From the IMG/VR virus record IMGVR_UViG_3300029989_000017: a DNA stretch of 64,000 nt; one strand, given 5' to 3'. The notes beneath the pieces were generated by a model that did not search any database, was not told where the DNA came from, and saw nothing but the letters and a program-made list of their open reading frames with translations. The position numbers were made by a program, and so were the translations under genes. Shown piece after piece: positions 25,981 to 37,255 of this stretch. Within the stretch, counting starts at the first letter, position 1. Every line of letters starts with the position of its first letter. Origin of the DNA: an uncultured virus (IMG/VR IMGVR_UViG_3300029989_000017) (Duplodnaviria; Heunggongvirae; Uroviricota; Caudoviricetes).

Positions 25981-26551
25981 CCGCCTCTAGGATGTCAGGC
26001 ACCTCGGCGTTCAGCCAGTTCCATGTGACGCCGTAACGCTCTAAGATGTCGAGAAAATCCTCAACGTCGTGGTTCTCTATTGTTAATCCTTTTTCTCCCA
26101 GTCCGATGTGCTTCAGCTCGTGAAGCATCAGTATTTTCATCTGATTCTCGGATAGCAGGCAGGCGTTGGGGTCGTACACTGTGATGATGAAGTCGAACGG
26201 TAAGAAGGCTTTGTAGGTCTTCGTGACCTTGCGGCAGTCGGCATACACCGCCTTGCCGTTGTCGATCTTGGGCTCGTATGATCTCACGTATCCGACCTTG
26301 ATGTCATATGTCGGTATAATGCTCAGCTCAGGCATTGCCACGATGAGCCGCTCGGCCAAGGCCCTCAGGCCCTCGTCGACTTCGGCGTCGCCTGCCTCTA
26401 GCTGACCTCTCAGCCCATTTACGATGTCATCCTTCTGCTCGGTCCGCAGGTCCATGTACACCCGGTTGAGCTCTTCGTGTGCCGCGCAGGGCTCCCCGCA
26501 GTCGGTCATACACACGAGACAGACGTTAGTTTTCCAATTTTTCCTTGCCAC
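25961..26551 (-). CDS. Putative phage metallopeptidase
   Basis: DFIITVY..ILMLHELKHIG..HDVEDF..RYG. Confidence 0.8.
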   Translation of the reverse strand: MARKNWKTNVCLVCMTDCGEPCAAHEELNRVYMDLRTEQKDDIVNGLRGQLEAGDAEVDEGLRALAERLIVAMPELSIIPTYDIKVGYVRSYEPKIDNGKAVYADCRKVTKTYKAFLPFDFIITVYDPNACLLSENQMKILMLHELKHIGLGEKGLTIENHDVEDFLDILERYGVTWNWLNAEVPDILEAGDGRAD

Positions 26552-26720
26552 GGCGCACCTCCTTCGGGTCCTCTACGCTGTATACCTTGCCGTCACGGAT
26601 ACGACACCTGTCGCAGGAGTCCATGTCGGTCGCAGTATACTTCGGTTTGATCGTAAAATTGGCCGCTCTGTACTCTTGTACACAGCGGCCACATAAATAT
26701 CTTTCGTCTAACACGGTCAT
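26526..26720 (-). CDS. Small zinc-finger protein
   Basis: CGRC and CDRC pairs; first ORF after the AT-rich late-promoter region. Confidence 0.55.
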   Translation of the reverse strand: MTVLDERYLCGRCVQEYRAANFTIKPKYTATDMDSCDRCRIRDGKVYSVEDPKEVRRGKEKLEN

Positions 26721-26884
26721 ATCGCCTCATCTCAAGTTCAAGATGTCCGCGCTTCAGATTCTTTGACTAAATCATAATAACACATAATTTTGGCTTTTTT
26801 ATACCCTTTTTCGGGTCTTTTTCCCGAAGTAGGCTGTAAATGGCCCCCTCCCAAAAATCCTCGGCACTTTGCTCACTCATTTTC

Positions 26885-27295
26885 TCACCTCCTGTCCATT
26901 AATCCGTAGTAACCCGCCACGAGTCGGATGAAATCGCCGTGCCACTTTCCTGCCAGTTTCTCGGTCTCGCCGATCTCCACGGCGGCCCCCGCCACGGTGT
27001 GGCTTCGGGTCCACAGCACGAGGTCGATCACCCTCAGCCGTTGGGCCCCGTTGTTGTAGGCTCCTGTGCGCTCCACGGCGCGCTTCACGGCTTCATATTC
27101 CCTCTGCTCTGTCAGCGGTAGTTCCCTCAGCGCGACGTTCTCTGTGGCCCGTGAGACATCAGAGCCGTGAGGCATTCCCGTGACGCTCGCAACACCTGAC
27201 ACATTATGCAGGTCGTAGTATTGGCCCATCAACATGGGATAATCTCGGATGACGGCCTTGATGTAGCCCCACCACTTGTATCTCGGTTTACTCAC
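26885..27295 (-). CDS. Late transcriptional activator (RinA/ArpU-like)
   Basis: GTG start with GAGGAGG; KAVIRDYP, GMPHGS..TENVA, C-terminal HTH; located before the packaging genes. Confidence 0.75.
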   Translation of the reverse strand: MSKPRYKWWGYIKAVIRDYPMLMGQYYDLHNVSGVASVTGMPHGSDVSRATENVALRELPLTEQREYEAVKRAVERTGAYNNGAQRLRVIDLVLWTRSHTVAGAAVEIGETEKLAGKWHGDFIRLVAGYYGLMDRR

Positions 27296-27495
27296 AACAG
27301 CTCCTCCTCGTTCGTGTCCGCCTCTTCCGACAGGTATTTTACCCAGTTCTCGAAGTGCTCGGTCCCGCTCGGGTTTACAAACTGGACCTGCGGCAAGGCC
27401 TCCTGCACCTTCTTCATGAGGTTGAGCTGTACTGTCCCCAAAAGCTCGGCCTGCCCTTGCAAGTCTAGCTTTGTCATCTTCTCTGATTTTGTCAT
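27292..27495 (-). CDS. Hypothetical protein
   Basis: 67 aa, start and stop overlap both neighbours. Confidence 0.55.
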   Translation of the reverse strand: MTKSEKMTKLDLQGQAELLGTVQLNLMKKVQEALPQVQFVNPSGTEHFENWVKYLSEEADTNEEELL

Positions 27496-28853
27496 TCTGC
27501 CACTCCTCCAATGTATGCTTTTACCGCGTCAAGGAGTCCGTCTTGCCTTACGCCTTTAGCGGTCAGCACTTTGTATACTCGCTCATCTATGGTTCCCTTG
27601 GTGATCAGGTGGTGTATCAGGACGACTTGCTTCTGCCCTTGCCGATGCAGTCGCTTGTTCGCTTGCATATACAGCTCGAGGCTCCACGGCAGTCCGTACC
27701 ATATGACGATGTTGCCACCATCTTGCAGGTTGAGGCCGTGGCCCGCGCTTGCAGGGCTCGCGAGAAGTATCTGTATCTCTCGGCGGTTCCACCTGTCGAC
27801 AATACCGTCGCCCACCATCTCAACAGCATTCGGGTGCCGTGCTTTTATACGGTCCACCTCATGCCGATAATTATAAAACACAATAACGGGTTGCCCGTTA
27901 GCGGCCTCTAGGAGCTCGTCAAGCGCGTCTAGCTTAGCATTGTTCAAGATACGCACCTGCTTGTTCTCGTCATACACGGCCCCGCCTGATAGCTGTAGGA
28001 GCTTGTTGGCCAGTACCGCGGCAGTCGGCGCGTCGACGTCTCCATTCTCGAAGGGTAGAATCGTGTCGGCCTCTAGCCGTTTGTAGGTAGCCTTCTCCTC
28101 AGGTGAGAGCTCGACCGTGCGTATGACATCAATTCGCTCGGGTAGCTTCAGGTAGTCCTCGCTCTTCATGCTGATACACAGGTCCTCGAGACTCGCATAT
28201 ATCATGCTGTCCGCGCCATCTTTCAGCCGCCACGAGAAGACCTGTCCGTTCGGCCCACGTTGGTCGGGGCTGAAGTAGGCATCTCGGTACCCCGTCAGGG
28301 TTTTGCCTAGGGCTTTGCCGCCATCCAGAATAAACGCCTGCGGCCACATATCAAGCAAGCCGTTCGGCGCAGGCGTGCCCGTCAGGCCCACCATTCGCTT
28401 TATGTACTTGCGGACCTTCTTCAGCTCTCGAAACCGTACCGAGCTCGCCGACTTGAATGACGAGAGCTCGTCGATGATGACTAAGTCAAACGGCCACTTC
28501 TTTTGATACAGCTCTACAAGCCACTCGACATTTTCTCGGTTGATGATGTAGACATCGGCGTGGACAGCCAAAGCGGCCAGTCTGTCCTTGGCGGGGCCCA
28601 ACACAAGCGAGGGCCGCATATGCCTCAGGTGGTCCCACTTCAGCATCTCGGTCGGCCACGTTTCTCTCGCGGGGCGGAGAGGCGCGATGACGAGACACTT
28701 GCTGATCTCTAGGCGCGTGTACATCAGCTCCTCAGCGGCCGTCAGCGTGATTATCGTCTTGCCGAGACCCATGTCGAGGAGTAGCCCGATGTTGGGTTGC
28801 TCAAGAACGCGCGTCTCGGCATAGGCCTGATAGTCGTGCGGCTTATACTTCAT
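27492..28853 (-). CDS. SNF2-family helicase
   Basis: DMGLGKT, IIDELS, LTGTP, SAGHGLNLQ, QANKRLHRQGQ. Confidence 0.95.
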   Translation of the reverse strand: MKYKPHDYQAYAETRVLEQPNIGLLLDMGLGKTIITLTAAEELMYTRLEISKCLVIAPLRPARETWPTEMLKWDHLRHMRPSLVLGPAKDRLAALAVHADVYIINRENVEWLVELYQKKWPFDLVIIDELSSFKSASSVRFRELKKVRKYIKRMVGLTGTPAPNGLLDMWPQAFILDGGKALGKTLTGYRDAYFSPDQRGPNGQVFSWRLKDGADSMIYASLEDLCISMKSEDYLKLPERIDVIRTVELSPEEKATYKRLEADTILPFENGDVDAPTAAVLANKLLQLSGGAVYDENKQVRILNNAKLDALDELLEAANGQPVIVFYNYRHEVDRIKARHPNAVEMVGDGIVDRWNRREIQILLASPASAGHGLNLQDGGNIVIWYGLPWSLELYMQANKRLHRQGQKQVVLIHHLITKGTIDERVYKVLTAKGVRQDGLLDAVKAYIGGVAE

Positions 28854-29145
28854 GTTCGGGCCCATACCACATCATCATGTCCTCGATCTCCTCGTATGTC
28901 CGAAGCACTAGGACCATACAGCCCATCTCACGCAGGCGGCGGTGTTCCTTCTTCTGCCGCTCACTCAGCCCGTCCTTCACGCTCGGGGCCTTGGTCTCGA
29001 CGAACACAATTCGCCCATTCGGAAAAACGCAAATTCGGTCGGGCACACCGTCGGCCCCGGGGCTTGTGAACTTGTATGCTTTCCCACCCACCGCCTTCAT
29101 CCGATCGCGCAGTCGCGCCTCGACGGCATTCTCTCTAATCGCCAT
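28843..29145 (-). CDS. VRR-NUC nuclease
   Basis: SPG..GVPDR..FVETK..LSERQ. Confidence 0.92.
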   Translation of the reverse strand: MAIRENAVEARLRDRMKAVGGKAYKFTSPGADGVPDRICVFPNGRIVFVETKAPSVKDGLSERQKKEHRRLREMGCMVLVLRTYEEIEDMMMWYGPEHEV

Positions 29146-29158
29146 ACTCTTCTCCCTT

Positions 29159-29511
29159 CGGTAGCACTTGTCGCACTTGTAGCACTTTTTTCAACACCCG
29201 TACAGTACGTAGGTACGTATTTAGACCTGCATTTACTCCTTAAATCCCTATGTATGTTTTTATATAATAATGTGCTACAAGTGCTACCATACATAGACAA
29301 AGGATTGCAGTTACTCACTTTTTGGTGGTCGCACTTGTGGTCGCACTTGTGTTTTAAGTGCTACCAAGTGCTACCGATATTTCGACCACTTTTTCAACAA
29401 GTGCGACCATCTTTTCAGCAAGTGCTACCGTACTTTGTACTCAAATTCGACTACTTTGTTCCAAACTGCTTAATTTACAATGTTCAAAACCAAGTGCTAC
29501 AAGTGCGACCT
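29159..29511. repeat. Iteron-rich origin-like element, copy 1
   Basis: About a dozen GT(A/C)GCACTTG / CAAGTGC(T/G)AC units in both orientations around an AT-rich core TTTTTATATAATAAT. Confidence 0.75.
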
Positions 29512-29928
29512 CTCGTAAGTTTCACACTTAATCACGTTGTCGAGACCGACTCCGTCACCGAAAATCATCCCGAGGCCCGCGCACGTTGGCATCATATTCG
29601 CGCACGAGTCACACAGGTCTATCTTCGTCTCGCCCACATACGAGTCACACGCGATCACTTTGTTGTGGGGCCCGAAAGTCACCTCTTGCGCGCTACACGG
29701 TGTGAATCCCTTCGTGCATGAAGAACACAGGCTCACGATCGGCTTGGCCTCGACACGCGGGGTGATCTCCTCTGGCAGGTAGCCCGTATGCTCGTAATCC
29801 GCGAGGCGCGCGAGAGCTCGGTCGATGGGCGCGCAGTTGGCGCACGCACTGTCTCCGACGAGGCAGGTCTCACAGGCGCGAAGCAGGGTCTTGCCTGTAG
29901 TAGCTTGAAATCTTGTCAGCTTTTCCAT
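29497..29928 (-). CDS. Cys-rich hypothetical protein
   Basis: RLADYEHTG..PEEI motif plus a duplicated LCxSC...C...FG...VIxCxxY unit. Confidence 0.65.
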   Translation of the reverse strand: MEKLTRFQATTGKTLLRACETCLVGDSACANCAPIDRALARLADYEHTGYLPEEITPRVEAKPIVSLCSSCTKGFTPCSAQEVTFGPHNKVIACDSYVGETKIDLCDSCANMMPTCAGLGMIFGDGVGLDNVIKCETYERSHL

Positions 29929-29938
29929 CTAAAACCTC

Positions 29939-32269
29939 CTAAATATTAAATAGTTTTCGTAGATACGCGCAGGCGCTCGGGTGGAAATCCGCGCTGAGTC
30001 GTCGATACTCTGCATACTGTTCGTCCGTCAGGTCCTCGGTGTCGATTGAGGTCTCAATGTCGCGGTCGAGCTCATCAAGCACGCTTTTAACTACAATCAG
30101 CGCCATCAGCTCACCCACCTCGCGACGGTGTCCCATACGACCGTCAGCCTCTCGTTGGGGCGCTCCGCCCTATATACCATCGCCGCCGACACACGGCTCG
30201 CGGTCTTCTGATACTCGGCGCGGACCCGGCCTTTTAAGGTCGTAAGCTCTATCTTTATCCCGCAAAACTTTATAGTCATAGCCGCTCCTTGTAGCATGAG
30301 AAGTCGGTCTTCACCGTACCGTTGGAGCACAGCACGTAGCCGTTGTGATACCCGAGGCCGTTGGTGATAGTGTGCGGCCGCCAGTAGGAGCAGTTGCGGC
30401 AGGGCGGCTCCTTGATCTCGGCGAGGTCCTCCGCGTTGTACTTGGACCGCGCAAGGTCCGCGATCTGCTTCGGGGTCATCAGCACGGGGGCCGCCGCGGG
30501 GTGGAACTCGATGTCGTAGTCCAAGCGCCCGAGAGACGTGTCAATTTCTAAGAGGCACTTGTGCTCTTTGGAGATGTCCGAGAGATCGACGCCTTCGAGG
30601 TTTAGCTGTGCCGCGAGGACCGTCCCGATACGAACCCTTTTGACCTTCCCACCCTTCAACGCCTCGAGCAGGCTCTCGACAGGCGTCAGCTCGTAGTATT
30701 CAAGCGAATACCGCGGACTCGAAATGTCATTTATTGGCCCCATATACACCCGGCAGTCATACTGACACGCGAGCATTGAGGAGGGGAACCCCGCCTTCGC
30801 AAGCTGTTCAGCGAGCGACCAGTTGATTTTTATACTCTTGAGCTTGCGCGTCGTGCTCTTCAGCTCCTCGAACAGCCTGCAAATGACCGGGTTGTTTTCA
30901 TACTTATTCATCATCCATTATCCTCTCATATAATTCATTCATTTTTCCGTCGGCGTAGTCTGCGTCGACGTCTTTACACCATTGGTCGTGCTCGGCTTCG
31001 AGCTCTAGGAGCGCAGGTTGCGCCTTCTCCTTGAAGCGCTTTTTACCTATTCCAAACACGTCATGCACCACGATTGTCAGCATCTTGCTTGTCATAGCGC
31101 TGTTGTAGCTCAGGAGCTCCACCATCTGATCGGGGGTATACAGCTCCCCATCTCGGACCATTCGCGTGACCGTGGTCTTGACGGCCTCTGACACGATGTG
31201 CTTCAGGTATCCGTTCGTCACATCAGCACCGCCGATAGTAACAGGGCCCCGATCAGGGCCAGTAGCCCGAGGACGACCGTCTTCACGACGAAGGCCTGCC
31301 GCTTGCACACGTTCTTCCTGTCGGTGCGGGTCTTGTTCAGGGGCACTTGATTCTTACTCATCATGCTCTCCTCCCCCAAGCGAGCGTACGGTGGCACCCA
31401 TCACACCGGGGCTCCATACGCTTCACATATCTCCCGCACGCGGCGCAAGAGTATAGTGTCTTATCATCCAAGAAGGACTCCGATCGCCGAACCGCGGCCG
31501 CCTCAGAGAATGCGCGCTCGACGCCCTCAGGTAAAGAGGTCACGTCGCCCTGAGGCGCGCCATAGTCTACGCCGCCGACGCCCTTGCAGTAAAGGCCCGT
31601 CAGGTCCTTGAAATTGATCTCCTGCTGTGCCTTCCGCCGCTCAGGCATAGCGGCCATCTCCTGCTTCATACACTCCGTCGCGCCGTTGCCGCCCAGTTCG
31701 CGCAGTCTGAAGCCTAGGAGCTCCGTCTCGAGCTTCGCGATCTCCTGCTTCAGCGCCTTGACCTCATCGAGCAGGTTGTAGATGTCTCGGCCAGATATTA
31801 CGAATTTTCCTGTCATGGTCCGCTCCCGTATATCTGTCAATTCTTCATCAGTCAGCATTTTTATCTCCTCTCGCAAGTAAAGCATAAACACACGCAAATA
31901 TCACCACTAAGACACCCAGTGCACCGAGGGCCAAATAAACGGCCCCGAACCAAGGCTGTATACACAGCCACCCCAAAAGCGCGAAAATTATCAGCGTGAT
32001 CACTATTGACGCTACTATTTTCATACCTTCTTCACCTCCGCATAAATCTCTTGCACGATTCGGTCTACGGGCCACGGGAGTCTTCGGATATCGAGGAGCA
32101 CGCGGGTCTTGACGCGCACGACCTCACAGCTCGCTTTGAGCCTGTCGACCTCATCGAGGAGCTCGTCAATGACCATTCCGTCGCGCCACTCGTCGTGGGT
32201 CTGTTGTGACCGACACAGGAGCGCCTTGCGGCGGCGCTCCCTGATCTCAGCCATTCTCTCATCAGTCAT
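29939..32269 (-). CDS. Cluster of small hypothetical genes (approx. 29939-30106, 30106-30279, 30276-30914, 30904-31221, 31361-31858, 31848-32024 membrane, 32021-32269)
   Basis: Tightly packed, overlapping start/stop ORFs, several with RBS; no function recognised. Confidence 0.55.
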
Positions 32270-33188
32270 TGAAGTACCTCTCTTTAATGTCTTCCCAGTT
32301 ATTCTCGATGCCTTGCCAGTTGTTTGAGAGCTCCTCTAGGAGCTCACGTTCGCGCTGTTCGCGAACAATCACTCGGTTGTAGGTATCGTAGTTTCTGTAC
32401 GGGCGGACGTGGGTGTCGATCAGCTCACTCAGGACTCTCGGCTCGAGAGCATCAAGCTCCCAACACTCGTATCCAAACTCTTCGATGTAGCCCTGCGCGC
32501 GGCTGTCTGTGACCTTCGTCGGGTTAGGGGGCGGATTATACTGCTCAATTTGGTCCATGTTCAGCGCGATACGCTGAAAGTCTAGGGCGTCGACGCCGAA
32601 GGTGTTGAGCCTGTCCGTGATGTCGCGGCTCATGTCGCGGCCGCTCGGGTCATGGTCTCCGAGGTGAAGTAGGATGATCTGCTGACCTGCGTCCTGATAG
32701 CCTCTGAGCCTCTGCGCGGCGACCCACATCTCCGACTGCGAGACGTACCCGCGGCAGGAGAAAAAGCTGACGTCGAGCTCTCCGCATATCTGGCCGACGA
32801 TGCCGACGAGGGCATCCTTCTCGACCCACACTTCGACGTGAAACTCTTGGCCACGCCAGTGATCAATGTGGTAGGACGCGGCCGCACTGCTGATGATGCC
32901 TGCGGGGTTGGACCAATGTGAGTTACTCTTGAGGTTGCGCGTCCTGTCCTCTATGGCGTTCCAGTCGATGAGGCCCGCGAGCCGTGCGTCACTGATCAGT
33001 ACCCCGAGGTTTTTGTAGGACCTCTCGTTGTTCTCGATGATCGCCCGGGCGACCATCTGATAATAAACCTGCCTGAGTGTCAGGCTGTACCCCTGCTTGG
33101 AGTAATCGGCGATGACCGTGTTAATGCGGTGGATGAGGGTGTGCTTATCAATCCCGAAGTTTTTAGCTGTGTACTCTATCTTTGGCAT
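32262..33188 (-). CDS. Topoisomerase VI-A/Spo11-like WHD-Toprim protein
   Basis: LTLRQVYY (winged helix Tyr), EVWVEKDAL, GDHDPSG (DxD), WELDAL. Confidence 0.75.
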   Translation of the reverse strand: MPKIEYTAKNFGIDKHTLIHRINTVIADYSKQGYSLTLRQVYYQMVARAIIENNERSYKNLGVLISDARLAGLIDWNAIEDRTRNLKSNSHWSNPAGIISSAAASYHIDHWRGQEFHVEVWVEKDALVGIVGQICGELDVSFFSCRGYVSQSEMWVAAQRLRGYQDAGQQIILLHLGDHDPSGRDMSRDITDRLNTFGVDALDFQRIALNMDQIEQYNPPPNPTKVTDSRAQGYIEEFGYECWELDALEPRVLSELIDTHVRPYRNYDTYNRVIVREQRERELLEELSNNWQGIENNWEDIKERYFND

Positions 33189-33220
33189 ATGTCTATCTCT
33201 CCCTTCTGTCTCGTGCTACC

Positions 33221-33249
33221 ACTTTACTACTATGAGTAAAAGATGTCAA
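33221..33249 (-). promoter_or_regulatory. Repeated phage promoter/operator, copy driving the Toprim gene
   Basis: TTGACA-17-TAAAGT containing TTTACTCATAGTAGTAAA. Confidence 0.75.
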
Positions 33250-33252
33250 GCA

Positions 33253-34359
33253 TTATTTTTCCTCGTCTGCCAGAGCCAACACGTAGGCCGCGTCGGAGGA
33301 CCACGCCATTCCGCAGACCTTGCAGTGTATCTTTGAGTACCGCGACCAGTGTGCCTCGTACTTCGGCGTCTCGAAGGCCGAGTGATTGTGGTTTCTGTGA
33401 ACGACGACCCAGTTGTTCGGGTTTCTTACCTTGCAAATACAACTCTTTCCGCCGCTCACTCGGTCACCAACATCTTTACAAACTCATACGCCGCTTTTGT
33501 GTCTAGGCCCATAAACTCCTGACAAAGGCCCATCGCCTCGACGAGGCCGTCCTTCTCGCGCGCCGCCGCGCTTATCTTTTGCAGAGCCAAGGCTTCATTA
33601 TAGGTTCTCATATCTTGCTTAGTCATCTCTCTTCAACCTCTCTAAATCTATTGCCCACACGGGAAAAGCGCCGCGGCCCTTTGCCGTGAAGCTGTAGCCT
33701 CGCTCTCCATACTCGTTATCACAGCTATCGGGCAGGCGCGCATAAAAACGAACATACTTCTGTTTCACGTCGTCGATCGTCGGCAGGCGGTAGTCCCCTT
33801 TAAACAGGTGCGCGTTCTCGGAGAGGCAGAGCTCTCCCGCCGTGCACAGGTCCGCGTACTTCTGATTGACTACAAAGTGCGTCGGCGTACAGCCGTCTGT
33901 AAAATTCCCAAACTCAAACATCATAGCCCTCCTGTATCAATATAGGATGTTCGCGCTCTTGGCGGAGCCGCTCATATTCTGCCTTATCTATCGGCCACGT
34001 CTCAAACACTCCACTGCGGACGCCCTGCGCCCAGTACGTGATCTTGGGCGGGCCTTCGTAGCCGTCGATGAGTAGCAGGGTATAATACATGACCTTGCTG
34101 ACCTCGTCGCACCCGTCATTCTTGGCGAGCTCGTCGGGCGTTGTAAACACACAGCCCGACTCGTGATGCGCCCAGTATCTCATATAGTAAACCTCACGGG
34201 CATCATGACCTCATCACCATCCTGCACGACGCTCCCGCTGATCTTTAACGTGTCACCCGCTTGCAGAGCGCGCCCCGCTATGTTTACAACGAGCTCCTCG
34301 CCGTAGTCATTGACGATGTCGACCGTGCCGTCGCTGTTAAATCGTATGATTCCTCTCAT
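33253..34359 (-). CDS. Cluster of small hypothetical genes (33253-33459, 33619-33924, 33914-34183, 34180-34359)
   Basis: Packed ORFs downstream of the primase gene; no function recognised. Confidence 0.5.
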
Positions 34360-34368
34360 GCTCGCCTC

Positions 34369-36771
34369 TCAATCTAATAATTCTTGATTACGCAGGAAGG
34401 CCCGTTGCCTGCCGTACAGCCTGCCACAGTTATAGGACGTGCTCGGTCTCCACCCATCAATGTCCCGCAGTATCGCGTTGAGCTCCCTCGACTGTATCTG
34501 CCCGCAGGCTTTGGCGTCGCCCTTGAATAGCTCCACCCATATCTCGAGAGCGCATATGCTCTGACGCTGTACCGTTCCGACCGAGAGACCGTCGAAGTCT
34601 CCTGACCAAAACATTTGTCGGGCGTCGATGTCCTTCTCGGCCCAGTCCGCGGGGAGTTTCCTGTCGAGGAAGTTTTCGATCATGCCCTTTTTATTGTTGC
34701 CCTCCGTATACTCGGCCTGTACTAGGCGGGCTATTGCCTCGAGCTCACCGTCAAGCCACCAAGGCTCGCCTGCCGAAAAATACACGGTGGCCTCGGCCCA
34801 TACTTGATTGACTACCGCTTCAGTCAGGCGGTCGATCGTCTCATTACCCTTCATGGTCACGCTGACGGGCCAGAAACGGCGTCCGCCTGTTGGGTCCCGT
34901 AAGAACTCAGGCTCATTCGTGGAGCCAAAGAAGGCGCACTGCCGAGGGTATGTGACGGTCCGCCGTGCGTAGGCCTCGCGGATGTTGTCGGTCTGCTTGG
35001 ATATGAACTGCTTGATGATCTCGACCTCCGACTTCTTCAGCGCCGTCAGCTCTGAAAGCTCGAGAATCCACTTGCCTTGAAGCTGTTCGACAGCCTCTTT
35101 ACCGACAAACGACTGCAACGAGTCTGAGAACCATGCGCCGCCGAGCTTAGCGAACAGCGTAGACTTGCGGCCGCCCTGCGGACCTACGAGCGTCAACACC
35201 TGATCGTGCTTACAGCCTGCAACATAGATGCGGGCGACTGCACCGATTAAGGCCTTGCGGGTCACGGCCCGTGTGTACACGCTGTCCTCAGCGCCGAGGT
35301 ATTCTATCAGTAGCGTCTCGGCCCGAGGCACGCCGTCCCACACGAGATCGCCGAGATACTCCTTGATCGGGTGCCGTTTGCGAGCGTTGAACGCCAGTTC
35401 AAGCGCCTCTTTGGTCTTGGTGATGTGGTCTATCTTGTACCGCACCTCAAGATACTGCCTGAGCCCCGCGTCATCGGTGTCGCCCCAACTGACCGACACC
35501 CGCGTTGCGAAGACCTGCCACGGGAGATCGCCGTGGACAACAGCGCGGCGGCTGAACTCGTCGTAGTGAAAACCTGCGAGCTTGGGGTCCTTCATCAGGA
35601 TTGTGAATATGTTGTCGATCGTCTCCTCGACTGCGCCGCCGCGGCCTGACTTGAGCTTCGTGGCCCACTGATTGTCTTCGGCGCTGAAATCGTCATCGAA
35701 GGCCGCGGCCATCTCGCGCAGGTTGGAGAGCACAAGCTCGGCGTGCACGGCGACGTCGTCGCCTGCCAGATCGCACATGGCCGCGTACGAGGGGTACTTC
35801 GTGGCGGGTGTGCCCTGAGGCATCTCGTCGTCCTGCTCGCCGAACATATGAAGCCTGACGAGGTCGAAGGCGTTGACGAGCTTGCCGCTGATCGGGTCCG
35901 TGCCGTGATGCGAATACGCGAACTTGCCCTCCTCGTACATGACGAGACCGCCTGAGGTGGTGCCGCCTGCGAACGTGTAGCGGTCCTCTCCTTCGCACTG
36001 GGTGTAGACGTCGGGTAGGAAGGTCTCGATCGCTCCTGCGATGTCATACACTCTACAGAAGGCCCCGACCATGCCTGTCTTCGTGAGAGGGTCACCCTGC
36101 TTGGACGCCACGCGCTTGAGCGCCTCGGATTTGCGGGAAGAGGTCGGCCACTGCGTCGGGTCTGTCCAATCCGTGTAGCGCTGTAACTGCTCGTCAGGGT
36201 CGAGCCACGGCCCGTCGTTGACCTCGTAGCGATACTCGGCGTCATAGGACGCCGACGGCCAGTACATGAGCCTGTGGGCCTCGTAGGTGGTGTCGTCGCA
36301 CATATCAATACTGATGTCGGCGGCCACTCTGCGGGAGATTGCCTCATACTCGTCGGGCGTCACGTCGCGCGACAGCGGGATGACCATGCGAAGGCGTTGG
36401 TCCTTCTTAGTGTGGCTGTGGGTGCTGTACAGCGTAGCCGCACAGCCGAGCACGAGAACGACGACCTGCCACGGGTCCGCGCCTTCGGGCACATAGTCGA
36501 AGTCAAGGGTCAGGAGCCGCCGCGAAGCGATTGCTGTCGCCTTGCGTCGTCCGCCCCTGAGAACGCCGCCGACATAGCCGCCTGTGTCCTTGGCCTCCTC
36601 GCGGCGGGCCTTGGGCCACGACGTATACTCGGCCTGTGACTCCTGCGTCCTCTGAACGATCGCGAGCCGTGCAACGAACTCGCTCCACAGCATCTCTTTG
36701 TTCTGCCACTTCGTCGAGCGCCTTGAGTTGGCCACCGCGATATTTATTTGTCCGTCATGTTGAATCGCCAT
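34369..36771 (-). CDS. Primase-helicase (VirE/VapE family)
   Basis: LTLDFD, YSTHSH, RLMYWPS; P-loop GPQGGRKST, WILELSEL, GSTNEPEFLRDPTGGRRFWP. Confidence 0.92.
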   Translation of the reverse strand: MAIQHDGQINIAVANSRRSTKWQNKEMLWSEFVARLAIVQRTQESQAEYTSWPKARREEAKDTGGYVGGVLRGGRRKATAIASRRLLTLDFDYVPEGADPWQVVVLVLGCAATLYSTHSHTKKDQRLRMVIPLSRDVTPDEYEAISRRVAADISIDMCDDTTYEAHRLMYWPSASYDAEYRYEVNDGPWLDPDEQLQRYTDWTDPTQWPTSSRKSEALKRVASKQGDPLTKTGMVGAFCRVYDIAGAIETFLPDVYTQCEGEDRYTFAGGTTSGGLVMYEEGKFAYSHHGTDPISGKLVNAFDLVRLHMFGEQDDEMPQGTPATKYPSYAAMCDLAGDDVAVHAELVLSNLREMAAAFDDDFSAEDNQWATKLKSGRGGAVEETIDNIFTILMKDPKLAGFHYDEFSRRAVVHGDLPWQVFATRVSVSWGDTDDAGLRQYLEVRYKIDHITKTKEALELAFNARKRHPIKEYLGDLVWDGVPRAETLLIEYLGAEDSVYTRAVTRKALIGAVARIYVAGCKHDQVLTLVGPQGGRKSTLFAKLGGAWFSDSLQSFVGKEAVEQLQGKWILELSELTALKKSEVEIIKQFISKQTDNIREAYARRTVTYPRQCAFFGSTNEPEFLRDPTGGRRFWPVSVTMKGNETIDRLTEAVVNQVWAEATVYFSAGEPWWLDGELEAIARLVQAEYTEGNNKKGMIENFLDRKLPADWAEKDIDARQMFWSGDFDGLSVGTVQRQSICALEIWVELFKGDAKACGQIQSRELNAILRDIDGWRPSTSYNCGRLYGRQRAFLRNQELLD

Positions 36772-37255
36772 TCAGCGCACCCCTTTTAAGTATCCTCTGT
36801 TCTTGCGTGCAATATATACAGCGCACGGTTATGATCGCTAGGCCCTCCGCCGACAGGGCGCGGTCGACCTCTTCGTAGAGGTGCTCACACATTGAACTCG
36901 TTCTCACAGGCGGCGGCACGTCGCGAGGCCGCCAGAGCTTGCCGTTATCCATCATCTCGGCGCGTTGAAAGTCTTTATAGTTGGTGAAGCCCTCAAAGGC
37001 CGCGCGGTCGAGGTCGGCGTTGAACCGATTGAGCCAACCCATGCCCGCCTCTCGGCGTATCTTGTTCTTCGGCAAGCCCGACCAAGTGTTCGTCTTGGGC
37101 TCGGGCGTGTGCTTGACCTCTTTATATACCCCCGCATTTTTCCGAGCCTGTTCACGGTTTGTGGTGCGAACGTGTTCCAGTCGGTGCATCTCACAGTACA
37201 TCTTTCGGCCCGCTACTATTACCAAACAGCCGTCCTCGCGGCAGGTGTTACTCAT
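36755..37255 (-). CDS. Hypothetical Cys-containing protein
   Basis: Start MSNTCREDGC; CEMH, CEH and CIYC. Confidence 0.55.
   Translation of the reverse strand: MSNTCREDGCLVIVAGRKMYCEMHRLEHVRTTNREQARKNAGVYKEVKHTPEPKTNTWSGLPKNKIRREAGMGWLNRFNADLDRAAFEGFTNYKDFQRAEMMDNGKLWRPRDVPPPVRTSSMCEHLYEEVDRALSAEGLAIITVRCIYCTQEQRILKRGALNGDST

Noticed and set aside
29159..29511. Possible CRISPR array or mini-array
   Set aside because: The units are only 9-10 bp, occur in both orientations and are irregularly spaced, with no unique spacers of constant length.
28942..29721. 259-aa plus-strand ORF with QVLP/QVRP repeats
   Set aside because: It is the translation of the DNA iterons and is antisense to two genuine genes.
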